Shown here piece after piece: positions 49,312-59,660 of a DNA stretch of 64,000 nt. A program made the translations under genes and the position numbers. Each line of letters opens with the position of its first letter. The stretch's first letter is position 1. The DNA comes from Cyanophora paradoxa CCMP329 (Eukaryota > Plantae > Glaucophyta): contig QPMI01000096.1 of assembly GCA_004431415.1 (NCBI GenBank), positions 124,001-188,000 of the forward strand, written 5' to 3'. The notes below the pieces were generated by a model. The model made no database searches, was not told the DNA's origin, and was given only the letters and a program-made list of their open reading frames with translations.

Positions 49312-52300
49312 TTAGGTGGCGATCTCGCAGTCCGCAACGAGAGCCTCCTCCTCGAAAACGATATCTTCCGTCTCGATCTCGATCGCGAATTCGAAATCCG
49401 GGTTCTGCAGAAGCACCGGTGAGGCTCGAGCTCGCCGATCGCGAGAGAATTCGAGTGATCATGAGATTCGAGCGGACCTCCAGGGACGCGTCCTCGTCCA
49501 CTTCGGCCACGTCCTCGTCCACGCGCCAGGGCAACGTGCGCGGGTCGACTTTCACACTGCCAGAACACAATATAAACATAATAATTAGAGGCGCGGCCTC
49601 CTCTAGGAATTCGAAGTCGCTTACATCTTGTCGACACGAACTTCCCCGTTCGCGTTCGCATTGTAGCACGAGGTGTCGACCGACTCGCTCCGCCAAATTT
49701 CCAAAACGCCGACCGACTTGTACCCGTGCAGCAGGCACGCCTTGTAGAAATCGGCTCCGACGTCGGATGTGAAGAGGCCTTGATCGCCTGTGCAGTCGGC
49801 CTCCTGCGGGCCGGGCGTGAAGCGCGTCAGACATCGCAAAAACGAACAGGCCCAAGATCGGATAAGCGCGCGGCGGCATGCCTTGAAGCACATCTTGCGG
49901 AAATTGCCTGCGCAGGATCGGTTGGATTCGATGTCAAGATCGATATTAATAAACGACGCCGGCTTCGAGCTCGCATACCCCCCGAGACTGGGACGCCCAG
50001 GCTTCCCGCAGAACGTGTTGATTCGTCCCATGACCACGAAATTCTGCGAAACTTTAGCCAGAGCCCGCCTCAACCGCGCCTCGCCTGGGAGAAGCACGTC
50101 TTGCTGGCATCGGTTGCCCCGGATGAGGTGACGTTGTAGCAGGAAGCCTTGTTCAGATCGGCGCCGCTTCCCGTCTGCTGGACGCCCATCGACTTGTACC
50201 CATTGTTGCTGCAAGCCTCCCAAAAGTCGTCTCCGACGCCCCTCGTCAGCAGAAACGGCTGGCCGGCGCAATCCGAATCCTGTCCCCAGTGGCAAACGAG
50301 ATATATGAGTGATCATGAGGCAGCATGCGCAGCCAGCAGCTGTGATAACGGGGATGTGAAAAGCGGCGGACCGTGTAGCAGACCGCGTTATTGTTGCCTA
50401 AGGTGAAGACGCCGCGGGCAGGCGTCAGAAGCAAACGCAAGCAGTGCCGCAGCATCAATGTATCGATGCGGACCCTTGAAAACAAACGTCCCGCCAATCT
50501 CCAGTTCGTTCGGCTCCCACGTCACCCTGTACGCGTTAAAGAATATTAATTATAATGAGCAGCGGAGTGGTAAAACAAATGATCATGAAACTGATCCTGA
50601 GGGCTCACAAAGTGTAGAAGCTACTGACGCTGGACTCTCCGTTTTCGCTCACATTGAAGCAGGTGCCCGCGCTGCTTCCATTCTCGCGTTGTACCGCCAA
50701 CGACATGTAGCCCTTGGCTTGACAAGCCTTCCAGAAGTCGTTGCCGACACCTTCCGTCTTGAGGACTTGGTGTCCTCGGCAGTTCCGTTCCTGTACATGC
50801 ACATGTCGCCATCATCTGCAAAGTTTGCTTATAATTTCGCCAAGTGCAAGCGGACCGTAAAACAAGTTTTGTTGTATGTGCCTGCGGAGGGCAGCCGAAC
50901 GGATTGATCGACGGCGATGTTCAACAGAAACGCGCAACGTTTACACACCGGTCTCCACTTGCGTTCCGCCCACCACGACGGGATCCCAGTTGACGCTGCG
51001 CCCGGCCAGCTCTCAAGCTCTCGACCCCGACTAAAGATATCGATTTCGGGCAGGCTATGTACATGTATACGTATAGCTGGATTGCACTCACGTCACTTTG
51101 CTGCTGTAGTTTTCTTGTCCGTTTGATTGCACTTCGTAGCAAGTCGCCTTCATTACGCCCCTTGACATCCCCGTTTGGACCGCCACGGCACCGTATCCGT
51201 TCGCTAGGCAAGTCTTCCAAAAATCGCCGCCAACGCCCTCGGTCTTCAGCCCCTGGTGTCCTTTGCAGAAGGATTGCTGCGAGCATTGTCAGCTCGAGAG
51301 CCGAGTCCTGCGAAGATCTAGACAAAGGCGGACCTTGAAGCAAACTTTGTTCTCGCTGCCTGCACGAACGATCAATATTAATTTTAATCATGATTGGAGT
51401 TGTGAGCAAAGGTTAGTGTGGAAGAGAGATCCAGATGCAAGGGAGGGAAAAGAGAGGGGTGGGACTAGATGCAAGGGCCGGGAGGGCATTGAGAGGGGTG
51501 GGACTACTTGCAATTGGGCCTGATATCGATATTAATATATGCGAATAAGTGCAGGGGGCACTACCGTACGCGTAGTACGGAATAATACAGGCACGGGCAG
51601 GGCTAGCTATAGGCCTAGGGGGGATTCGCGGCCGCGCGCGCGCGTGTCGATCCGCTTACCCTTGGACACTTTGATTCCGCCGACCTCAACTGGGTCCCAG
51701 GGGAGCCTACCCGCACGCGGCCGCGAGGCCAATTCGTCAGATCTCAAATCCTATCGGCGGCGGCGTGTACGCTTATAATTATGAACTCACGTTCCCACGG
51801 AGCTCGACTCTCCCTCTGAGTTCACGTTGTAGCAACGGGCTTGGGTATTGTCGTTCGGCCATATATTCTTGACCGCAACGGACTTGTGACCGCCGACAAC
51901 GCACCTGCGGTCGGGGCACGCATAATGGGTGATCATGAGATCTCGGAATCGAGAAGCCGCAGATGTATTATATATATATAGATGCCAGCATTCAGGAAAG
52001 CAGAGTCCCGTATACGTACGCCTTCCAGAAGTCGTTCCCGACTCCGAACGTTCGTAGACCCTGGGATCCAGTGCAATTCGAACCCTACGTGTAATCTATA
52101 AGTAACACAACAATCGCAGGTCACAAATATTAAACTGTAAGCTTAGTGCAGAGATTTACCGTGTAGCAGACTTTGTCCAAGCCGCCTGCGGGCTCGTCGC
52201 AATTAATTAAAAATTGCAATTGGATGCCTTCGCTTTGACGAGTCAGCGCACGTGCACGTACCCCGCTCAATGGAGACCCCCCCAACTTCTAGCTGGTTCC

Positions 52301-53507
52301 AGCTGACGCTAAACCGCGTTTCAGTCGGGCAACGAGAAAGATTTGTACACTTGCTGAATCAATTTGAGCGTACGTCTTCTGAGCGTCCGTTTCCGAGATC
52401 CAAAATCCAGCTGGCTCCTTTCCAGGGTCGTTTGGCTTGTAAAGATTGAAGCAAGCGGCTTTACTGGGATCTCCTCCCTCCGAACGGACCGCCTCGGACT
52501 TGTATTCGCTTGCCTGACAGCTGATAGTTCGCGATCGCGTCACGCACACCGTATGCAAAGACTCGGCGATCGCGAGCCACGGGAATTTGCTTACGCTCTC
52601 CAAAAATTGCTGCCAACCCCCTTCGTCCACAGACCTTGCTCGCCCGTGCAGTTCAGGTCCTGTCACAGTGTACACGTGCAGTTGCGATTAGATTTTATAT
52701 ATAATAGCAAGAGACCGAGACGTCGACAGCCTGGCAGTTCGGAGTCGGGATAACCGAAGATTTACCTTGTAGCAGACTCTACTTTGGGTGCCTGTGCGAA
52801 ATTCGCCTTACATTAATTAAATTGATCTACAAATCCGGAGGTGCCCAAACCATAGTCGACGTCAGGAATGCGGTTCAAATTTTCGCACCCGTGTCGACAA
52901 TCATCCCGCCGACCTTCAGCGGCTCCCAAGGGACTCTGCGCATGCGCCAGTCCGCGGCCACGCGTCAGCTGCAGCCTCTCGCGATCGACGCGTAGAAACA
53001 ATTGAAATCCAAAGTAAAGCTGCTCGAATACGTGTACAGAGAATTTTCAGAGCTGTGCTCACGTTTTGCCGGCATCGGTTTCTCCAGATGAGCTCACGTC
53101 GAAGCAGGACGCTTTGCTGGGGTCGCCCGTCTGCTGAACTCCCATCGATTTATACCCGCTGTTCAGACATGCTTTCCAGAAGTCCTCGCCAACGCCGTCC
53201 GTCTTCACGCCCTGGGCGCCCAAACATCCGGCGTTCTGAGATTGGACGGACCCAGAGGACGCATAAGAGGCCCGCGCTCGAGGTGCTGGCAGCGCGCTCA
53301 GGCGCAAGCTCATGATCAAGGCGCACCTTGAAGCACACCTTGGCGGCGTCACCTGCGCATATGCGTGTGCGTTGCGCCGGGGCGGGGCAGCGTTAGTTCT
53401 CTCGTACATAAAGCGGCTTATCGATCTAGAATTGGCCGCCGCTGAAGCGCACCCCTCAGAACTTCTGTGACCGGCCAACCCACGAGCTTCGTTGTCTCAT
53501 TGCCCAT
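49312..53507 (-). CDS. Hypothetical protein made of seven tandem ~110-130-aa Cys-containing modules plus an acidic C-terminus (multi-exon span)
   Basis: Core CxGxQGLxTxGVGxDFWKACxxxGYKSxxV...CF/YxVxxxGE at ~53100-53230, 52450-52655, 51810-52075, 51130-51268, 50630-50790, 50110-50275 and 49640-49800. Last exon NPDFEFAIEIETEDIVFEEEALVADCEIAT-stop (49312). The start at 53507 is tentative. Confidence 0.75.
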
Positions 53508-53989
53508 CGCTATCACACTGTTTGACCGCTGAGCTATGTATGTAACTACAGCCGCTGAGCCTTAAGGCTTCGGATCTGCAGGGCCGATCCCGCGGCTATA
53601 GCTAGCGCTGCGCCGGAAACCGCGCCGCGATACTATGCTAGCACTGCGGCAATTGCACTGCGGCAATGCGACGGTCGGCCGCGGACGCGTAAGCTCGACC
53701 GATCTACTACCGGTAGCTCATGATCAGCGGCGCCGGCTATACCGGTAGGCTACTACGCCGCGACTCGGCGAGTCTACGCGTGGCGGCGTGGGGCCGCTGG
53801 GGCGGCGTTACGCCAGCGTACTACGGTATACAGTACGTAGTACGTACTCGCCGAATCGTGGGCCCGTGGCCCCGAGTCGTCACACGGCGTGGGCGGAGTA
53901 CGCCACTGTACCGTAGTACGCGTGGGCCCCGCGCCGGGCCGCGCGGATGAACTGCAGCTGGGTCCTAGAGTCCTTGGCATAGGCTCCTA

Positions 53990-54235
53990 CCGTAGACGAC
54001 TTAAATACCGCGCCACATATTACCGCGTTCTAAAATTTCGGCGCCGGTAGGCGCTTTAGCGCGGCACCAAATTAGCGCGTTTTCATCAATTTGGGGTACG
54101 GCCCATACAAAAGTGTTAGCAAATCTGAGCAAAAGACAATTACCGCGCTACCAAATTACCGCGTTATAAAACTTTTGAGCGCGGTAATTTGGTAGCGCAG
54201 TAGTTAAGTCAGCGCGGTATATAAGTCGTCTACGG
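53990..54235. mobile_element. Tc1/mariner (pogo-like) MITE, 246 bp
   Basis: 24-bp TIR CCGTAGACGACTTAAATACCGCGC / GCGCGGTATATAAGTCGTCTACGG (one mismatch), flanked by TA at 53988-53989 and 54236-54237. Confidence 0.9.
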
Positions 54236-54605
54236 TAGCTACCGCCCAGCCTCAGGGCCTACCGGTATAGGCGCGGGGGCGAGGGGTGCCACCGCCGCGC
54301 GCGGCATGCGGCGGACCGGCCCGTCGAGCTCCGGGGCGGCCGCCGGGATCGCGCCCACCACGCGGGCCCAGTGCGCCCGGATCTCGTCGCGGAGCCCCGG
54401 GTCCGGGTCCGCGCACGCGGCGCTGCGCAGGGGGCCGCGCGTCGGCCACACCCGCGTCTCGGGGTGCGGCGCGAGGTCGGGCTTGAGCCCCTTTTCGATG
54501 CCCGGTTTATTTTCCTTGGCCCGCGCGCGCCCGGGGCGGCGCCGCTTTTATCCCCTGCGCCCGAATAAAGGGCCGCGCCTCGGTTCCGCGCGTCCGACGC
54601 CCCGC

Positions 54606-55066
54606 ATGGACGCGATACGGGAGGCCGCGCACGCTTCGGGGCTCGAGGTCGTCAACTCGAGCGGGGCGATGGCCCGCGATCCGCGGCGGGCGCTCGAGGT
54701 CATGCTGGCGGTGGCGCGCGCGCGCCCCACGGCGATCGTGGCGGCCGAGGTCTCGGGCGGAGCGGCGCTCGTCGCCCACTGCGCGTGCGATGCCCCGAGC
54801 GGATCGAGCGGGGCGACGCGGACGGGGCCCGTCGGCTCGTCGCGCGCGCCCGCCGCGCGGCCGACCCGACCGAGGACCCGCTCGGCATCGAAGAGGGGGT
54901 AGTGGAGGAGGAAGAGGATGCGAAAAATGGGGGAGAGGAGGAGGAGGGGGAGGGGGACCGCGGGGGGGCGGCAAACCCGCCCCCACCCCCCCCGCCCCCG
55001 GCCGCAGACGAACCCGACGACGCGTGCGCGTGCATCCTTCCGCTCCGCCTCCTCCTCCTCAGGTGA
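54606..55066 (+). pseudogene. Small intronless hypothetical gene, one frameshift near ~54790
   Basis: MDAIREAAHASGLEVVNSSG...VAHCAC continues in another frame as CPERIERGDADGARRLVARARR...EEEEDAKN. AATAAA ~40 nt upstream. Confidence 0.5.
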
Positions 55067-55343
55067 TGCGTAGGATCCCGTGCCGCGCGCGGATGTCGGC
55101 GAGGTACTCGCCGATCGCCGAGGCCACGACGGGGCACTCGACGGCGGCGGCGCGCACGACGCTCTCGGCGTACCCCGGCGTCAGCTCCAGGAACGCGCGG
55201 CGGTCAAAGTACGGGATGGGCCGGCCGCGGTAGCAGTTGGGGCACCCGTCGTGCGGCGGGAGGGGCCTCGGCTCCATCCTCGGAGGAACCGGGTAGATGG
55301 GCGTCGGGAGGACGACGTGGACGGGAGGTGCGTTCGACGCCAT
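55059..55343 (-). CDS. Small intronless hypothetical protein (94 aa, CxxC)
   Basis: Complete ORF with high GC3 and protein-like composition (HDGCPNCYRGRPIPYFDRRAFLELTPGYAESVV). Confidence 0.6.
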   Translation of the reverse strand: MASNAPPVHVVLPTPIYPVPPRMEPRPLPPHDGCPNCYRGRPIPYFDRRAFLELTPGYAESVVRAAAVECPVVASAIGEYLADIRARHGILRIT

Positions 55344-55420
55344 CGCCGAGTCGCCCGGGCGGTCCTCGGACGGGGCGATAAATAGGCGGGCGCCGGCCGG
55401 CGCGCCCGTCCGCGAACCCG

Positions 55421-55708
55421 ATGTCCCTCTTTGCCGCGCCGCCCCCCTTGGGCGGTCCCGAGCCGGATCCCGCGACCCTCGCCGCGATCAAGACGTGCAT
55501 CACGTGCGTGCACTACCTCGCCGACCCCCACCGGGCGCGCGACGGCCTCTGCATGGCCTTTGCGGAGATCAACCCCGTCGACGGACTCCGCCAGACGAGG
55601 GCGCGGTGCAGCCGAGAGAGGCAGCACCTCCTCGGGAGGTGCGGGCCCGACGCGCACCGCTACCGCCCGCGCGGGGCTAGTGCGTCGAGGGGCCGCGCGA
55701 GGACGTGA
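55421..55708 (+). CDS. Small Cys-motif protein (95 aa) of a type common in large DNA viruses
   Basis: CITCVHY...C..F...NPVDG...R.....CG..A..Y spacing. Divergent from 55059-55343 across a 77-bp spacer containing GATAAATA. Confidence 0.6.
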   Translation: MSLFAAPPPLGGPEPDPATLAAIKTCITCVHYLADPHRARDGLCMAFAEINPVDGLRQTRARCSRERQHLLGRCGPDAHRYRPRGASASRGRART

Positions 55709-56051
55709 GGATCCGGGCGAGGAGATGCACCTTGTGCGCGATTCGTCCGTCCCCGCCCACCCTGCCGCCCACGACGGCCGCCCCGAGGGCGGAGCCCAGC
55801 TCCCGGGCGTGCGGCGGGATCTCCTCGTAGAGCTCCACGAAGCGCCGTCGTACCGCAGGGCACGCGCCGGCGGCGACGAGCAGGTAGGTCTCCGCCCGCG
55901 CGAGGTTCTCGTGCAATAGGTGCTGCTTCTCGCGGATGTAGCCGCACGGCTCGCCGTTTTCGCAGAATCCGCACGAGCGCGCCTGCTTCCAGTCGACGAC
56001 CCGCCTATCGCACCGCATCTTTTCGAAAAGAAAGGGGAACTCGCCTTCCAT
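55677..56051 (-). CDS. Small intronless hypothetical protein (124 aa, C..C....C)
   Basis: Complete ORF MEGEFPFLFEKMRCD...SCGFCENGEPCGYIREKQHLLHENL. AT-rich TATTAATAAAAA ~40 nt upstream. Confidence 0.6.
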   Translation of the reverse strand: MEGEFPFLFEKMRCDRRVVDWKQARSCGFCENGEPCGYIREKQHLLHENLARAETYLLVAAGACPAVRRRFVELYEEIPPHARELGSALGAAVVGGRVGGDGRIAHKVHLLARILTSSRGPSTH

Positions 56052-56112
56052 GCGTACGCGCGCGCGATCCGTGGGGGAGGGGGGCGCATTTTTATTAATA
56101 CGCGAAACGCCC

Positions 56113-56730
56113 TCACCGGGCGCGCCGGGTTCCGACCCTCGGGCCAGCGTCCACGATCCCGGCCTCCATGGAACCCCCCGCGTCGGCGAGGAACCGCCGG
56201 ATCGCCGTCGGCGCGCCCCGCGGTGTCGCGGCGGTCGCGTCGGGCCCCCAGCCCGCGACGAGGTCGGACCACAGGAACGGGTAGAGGTCGCCCTCGGTCA
56301 GGTCCGCGTCGCCCGAGGGGTCGCTCGGGATTCCCTCGGGGGGGTACGGGGTTGCGAGGGCCGCCTCTGGCGGCGCCCTTGTGCACCCCGCGGGGGACAG
56401 TGCGTAGCAGCTTCGTCTTCTACAGCCTGCTGGCGTTCCGGCAAGCCCGGGATCATCGCGCCCGCTGGCAGCTAGCGCAATCTCGGGAAAGATCGACAGC
56501 CGCGCCTGGCGGGTCCGGCGCCGATCTGGGCTCGTCCTGGATCGTACGCCGTGCGCGTAAGGACGCCCCGGGCGCGGCGGATCCCCCGCGTGCGCGCAGG
56601 TTGCTCTTCGGACGCACCATCCAACAGCGCCCGGCAAAGTAGAAGGCGGCAGAGGCGGAGCGAGTAGGACCATTCCTCCCGCCAGATGACGCCGGCCTCT
56701 CGATGACCGGCGGCCGCCGAGGTTCCGCCG
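56113..56730 (-). pseudogene. Frameshifted intronless hypothetical gene
   Basis: Protein-like blocks in alternating frames (REAGVIWREEWSY / FYFAGRCWMVRPKSNL / DLTEGDLYPFLWSDLVAGWG...IRRFLADAGG). Confidence 0.4.
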
Positions 56731-57665
56731 CACGGGGGTCCTCCTGTGCGTCTCCTCCGGCGCCGGGACTCTCCTCTCTGCTCCGCTCTCGGGTCCTCGT
56801 CCTCCGGCGGCCCGCGTCTCTCTCCTGCGGGCACCCGGGGCGCCCGCCAGCGGGTCGGCGACGGTGGAGCCTCGCCGCGGCCGCGCTGCGATCGGGGCAG
56901 GTGTCTGGCGGCGGCGGACTGGTTCTCACGCACTGGTGGCGGGAGCTCGAGGAGGAGGAACCGCGGCGCGAGGTGGCGGCTCACCCCTGGCAAACCGCTC
57001 CAGCGGCGGCCCCGCGCGGGTCGCCGTGGCGGAGTTGGGGCGCCGCGCGCCACCCGCAGTCGTCCCCTTTCTCTTTCTCTCGTCCTAGATATAGAAGTAG
57101 GAGTAGGCGACGCGCGCGACGCTACGTTTCTTTCTTTCTCGTCGTCTATCTCTGAGGTTGGGTTCCTTCGCAGATCCTTTCCTGCTTTCGTGACTCCTCG
57201 TAGGGATATGCCTCGTGCATCCTGGAATATAGGCTATTATGTACTGAGGTGTACGTGGGCAGGCTATCGGAAAACGAGAACCCTTGCTCCCCGCAGTACA
57301 TAGGTCTGTTTTTTCAGGACCTTTTATGAGGATGGGCCCATGGGCAGCTGTCTTGCTATTCTCTACTTGTTAGTGAGGCAGACTGGTAAACTTCGGTTTT
57401 GGGTAGATTCGACTTGTCTACTTTCGGAAGGGTCCGGTAGATTGATGTGGTAGTGCCGTCAATATACCGTCATTTTTGCAAAAAAAAAGCCCGAGGGGTC
57501 GCTCGGGGTCCCCCTCCCGGCGGGTCCGCCGGTCGCCCGTAGGGGGTACACCGACGCGACAAGGGTACCCTTCTCTCTTATATTATTATATTATATTATT
57601 TAATAGATTTCAAATTCAAAACTAAAAAAGTAATAGATTGTATACTGTGGTAGTAGTCTACAAGC

Positions 57666-57920
57666 ATGGTCGGAGACTACCTCTACTACGATCTCCCCAA
57701 GGACGGCGAAAAGTCGCGCAGCTTTGGAAACACGGGGAAGCGCCTCCTCGCGATTCGCAAGCTCAAGCTCTACAACGTCACCCCCGACAAGCCGCTCGAC
57801 GGCAAGATGCTGGACGCCTACGACTACGCCCGCACGATCTCTCGCGTCTTCGGGCGCGCGATGTCCAAGGCCAAGCCGGGCAAGGAGCTCGACGTCCTCC
57901 TGGGCGGTTACATGTGCTAG
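57666..57920 (+). CDS. Small basic hypothetical protein (84 aa)
   Basis: High-GC3, Lys/Tyr-rich ORF (MVGDYLYYDLPKDGEKSRSFGNTGKRLLAIRKLKLYNV) immediately after an AT-rich tract at 57570-57660. Confidence 0.6.
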   Translation: MVGDYLYYDLPKDGEKSRSFGNTGKRLLAIRKLKLYNVTPDKPLDGKMLDAYDYARTISRVFGRAMSKAKPGKELDVLLGGYMC

Positions 57921-57981
57921 GGGCGAAGCGGCTTTTTCCCCACCCTCTGTTCCCCGCCCATTTTTCTCGCTCGAATTCGAT

Positions 57982-58400
57982 TCACCGCCCTCTATCCGCA
58001 AGCCTCGGCGGCCTCGTCGCGCCGCGCCGGGGGCATCGGGCCGCGGCGCCGTCGCGCCGGACGCGACCGACAAAGGGCCGCACGAGGGCGAGGTAGGCGA
58101 CGGGCAGGAGGGCGACCTGGGCCGCGGCGACGGCGAGGTGCGCCCCGCGGGGCCCACGCGGCCTCGTGCAGGCGCGCCCTCCGGATGGCGGCGTCGGCCT
58201 CGACGTCCCGGAGCGCCGCGACGAGGGTGATGGTTCCGTCCCGGGCGCGCGGCGAGGCCGCGGCGGCCGCGCACATCGAGGCGTTGGACGGACGCGGGCA
58301 CGGGAGCGGCGGGCCCGACTCGGCGGCGCGTCGGAGCTCGGCGGCGGCGCGCGCGAGGAGCTCGCGGGCGGTGTCGAGTCGGGGCGCCGGGCAGCGTCTA
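57982..58400 (-). pseudogene. Frameshifted hypothetical gene with C-terminal hydrophobic segment
   Basis: RLDTARELLARAAAELRR...ITLVAALRDVEADAAIRRARLHEAAW, then a frame change to HLAVAAAQVALLPVAYLALVRPFVGRVRR. Confidence 0.4.
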
Positions 58401-58595
58401 CGAGCCGGCCCGCCGGGCGCGCGCGACGCCGCGCGGCATCCCCCTCGTCCCCGCCTGAGCGCCCCTCCTCCGCTTCTTGATCGTGTGGTAGGACGCAAAG
58501 TGGTTCTTCGATCCGCAAACGAAGCAGCAGTTGCCCTGCGCGCGCCGCATCGTCTCCATGAACTTGGGGTCCTCCCACGGGGCGCGCGCGATCCG
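58398..58595 (-). pseudogene. 3' fragment of a zinc-knuckle-like protein (CX2CX4HX4H)
   Basis: PWEDPKFMETMRRAQGNCCFVCGSKNHFASYHTIKKRRR. The upstream part of the computed ORF is the antisense shadow of the capsid-like fragment. Confidence 0.45.
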
Positions 58596-58647
58596 CGGCG
58601 ACGGTCGCGAGCGGGTCCCAGCGCAGGCCGCGCTCCCAGGGTCCGCC

Positions 58648-58818
58648 GAGGCGGTTGCGAACGACAAGGCCAAATACTTCAGCATCAAGCTCACGGCGAA
58701 GAACCTCTCGCTGCTGGTCCAGAAGAACCTCCCGGTCCCGCTCGGCATCCTCATCTTCCGTCCGTTCATCACCCACTACGCCGCGTCGGCGATCATGACG
58801 GTCAAGGGCGAGACGACC
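58648..58818 (+). pseudogene. Fragment of a Mirusviricota-like (HK97-fold) major capsid protein
   Basis: KYFSIKLTAKNLSLLVQKNLPVPLGILIFRPFITHYAASAIMTVKGET. Matches from memory the conserved N.PVP.G.L.FRP...H/Y...SAI....G block of mirusvirus MCPs. No search was run. Confidence 0.6.
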
Positions 58819-59035
58819 GCGGAGATGCGGCCCGTCGGCGCCGCCCTCGTGGCGCGCGGCCTGACCGGGTCCGAGGCGATCCGCGCGGCGCGCGACGCGG
58901 CCACGCCCGAGGCGTCCCCCGCGTCGGACCGTCGGAGGGGCGACGATGCGCGCCGCGTACTACGACGCCCGCCTGCGCCCGGGCGACGAGGAGGAGTTTG
59001 CGCGTCGCTTCCCGGGAGACGCGCGCTCCTCCGTT

Positions 59036-59660
59036 TCACGCGTAGTACCCGCGATCGAAGCACGGCGGGCGCGGGACGCGCACGTCGACCATCACGTCGA
59101 TCATCGGGTACCGACGGCGGCGTTCGGGTTGACGATGGCGCGGGCGGCCGCCGGAGTGATGACGCTCGTCCCGAGCCCGTCGTCCTCGGCGAGGCGGGGC
59201 GCTTCCCACGCGCGCGTCCCGGTCGAGGTAGGCGTTGGCCTCGTGCGCCTCGCCCGGGTGGCGGCCCGCCCGTCCGCGCGCGCGCCGCCGCGAGCGAGGC
59301 GATCGACCCGGCGTACGCGGGGGCCGGCGGCTCCAGCCCCGGGTCGCCGGCACCGCGACGCGCACCTCGGACGCGGCCCTGCGCAGGCGCGGCCACAGCG
59401 CGAGCGCGGCGATCGCCTCGCGCGCCGCGTCGGCCAGGACCGCCTGCGCCTCGTCGCGCGACATCTGCGGGACGCGGAGGCCGCGGTAGCGCCCGCCGTA
59501 GGTCTCCGTGTACGAAACGTGCTGCTTCGGGTCGTACGTCTTCCCGACCTCGGAGCGGTTCAGCTTCAGGTTCGCCCGCTGCGCGGCCGCCTTCTTCCTC
59601 GGAGGGGTCTGCCAGCACTGGACCTCGACGAATTCCAGGCCGCCGTCGAACTGCGCGTCG
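59036..59660 (-). pseudogene. 5'-truncated, multiply frameshifted intronless hypothetical gene
   Basis: DAQFDGGLEFVEVQCWQTPPRKKAAAQRANLKLNRSEVGKTYDPKQHVSYTETYGGRYRGLRVPQMSRDEAQAVLADAAREAIAALAL ... WEAPRLAEDDGLGTSVITP ... YPMIDVMVDVRVPRPPCFDRGYYA-stop. Confidence 0.5.

Noticed and set aside
59508-59660. Computed start of the 626-aa Cys-rich ORF (MYETCCFGSYVF...)
   Set aside because: F/S/C/T-rich antisense shadow of the real minus-strand gene. The plus-strand protein becomes credible only from ~59660.
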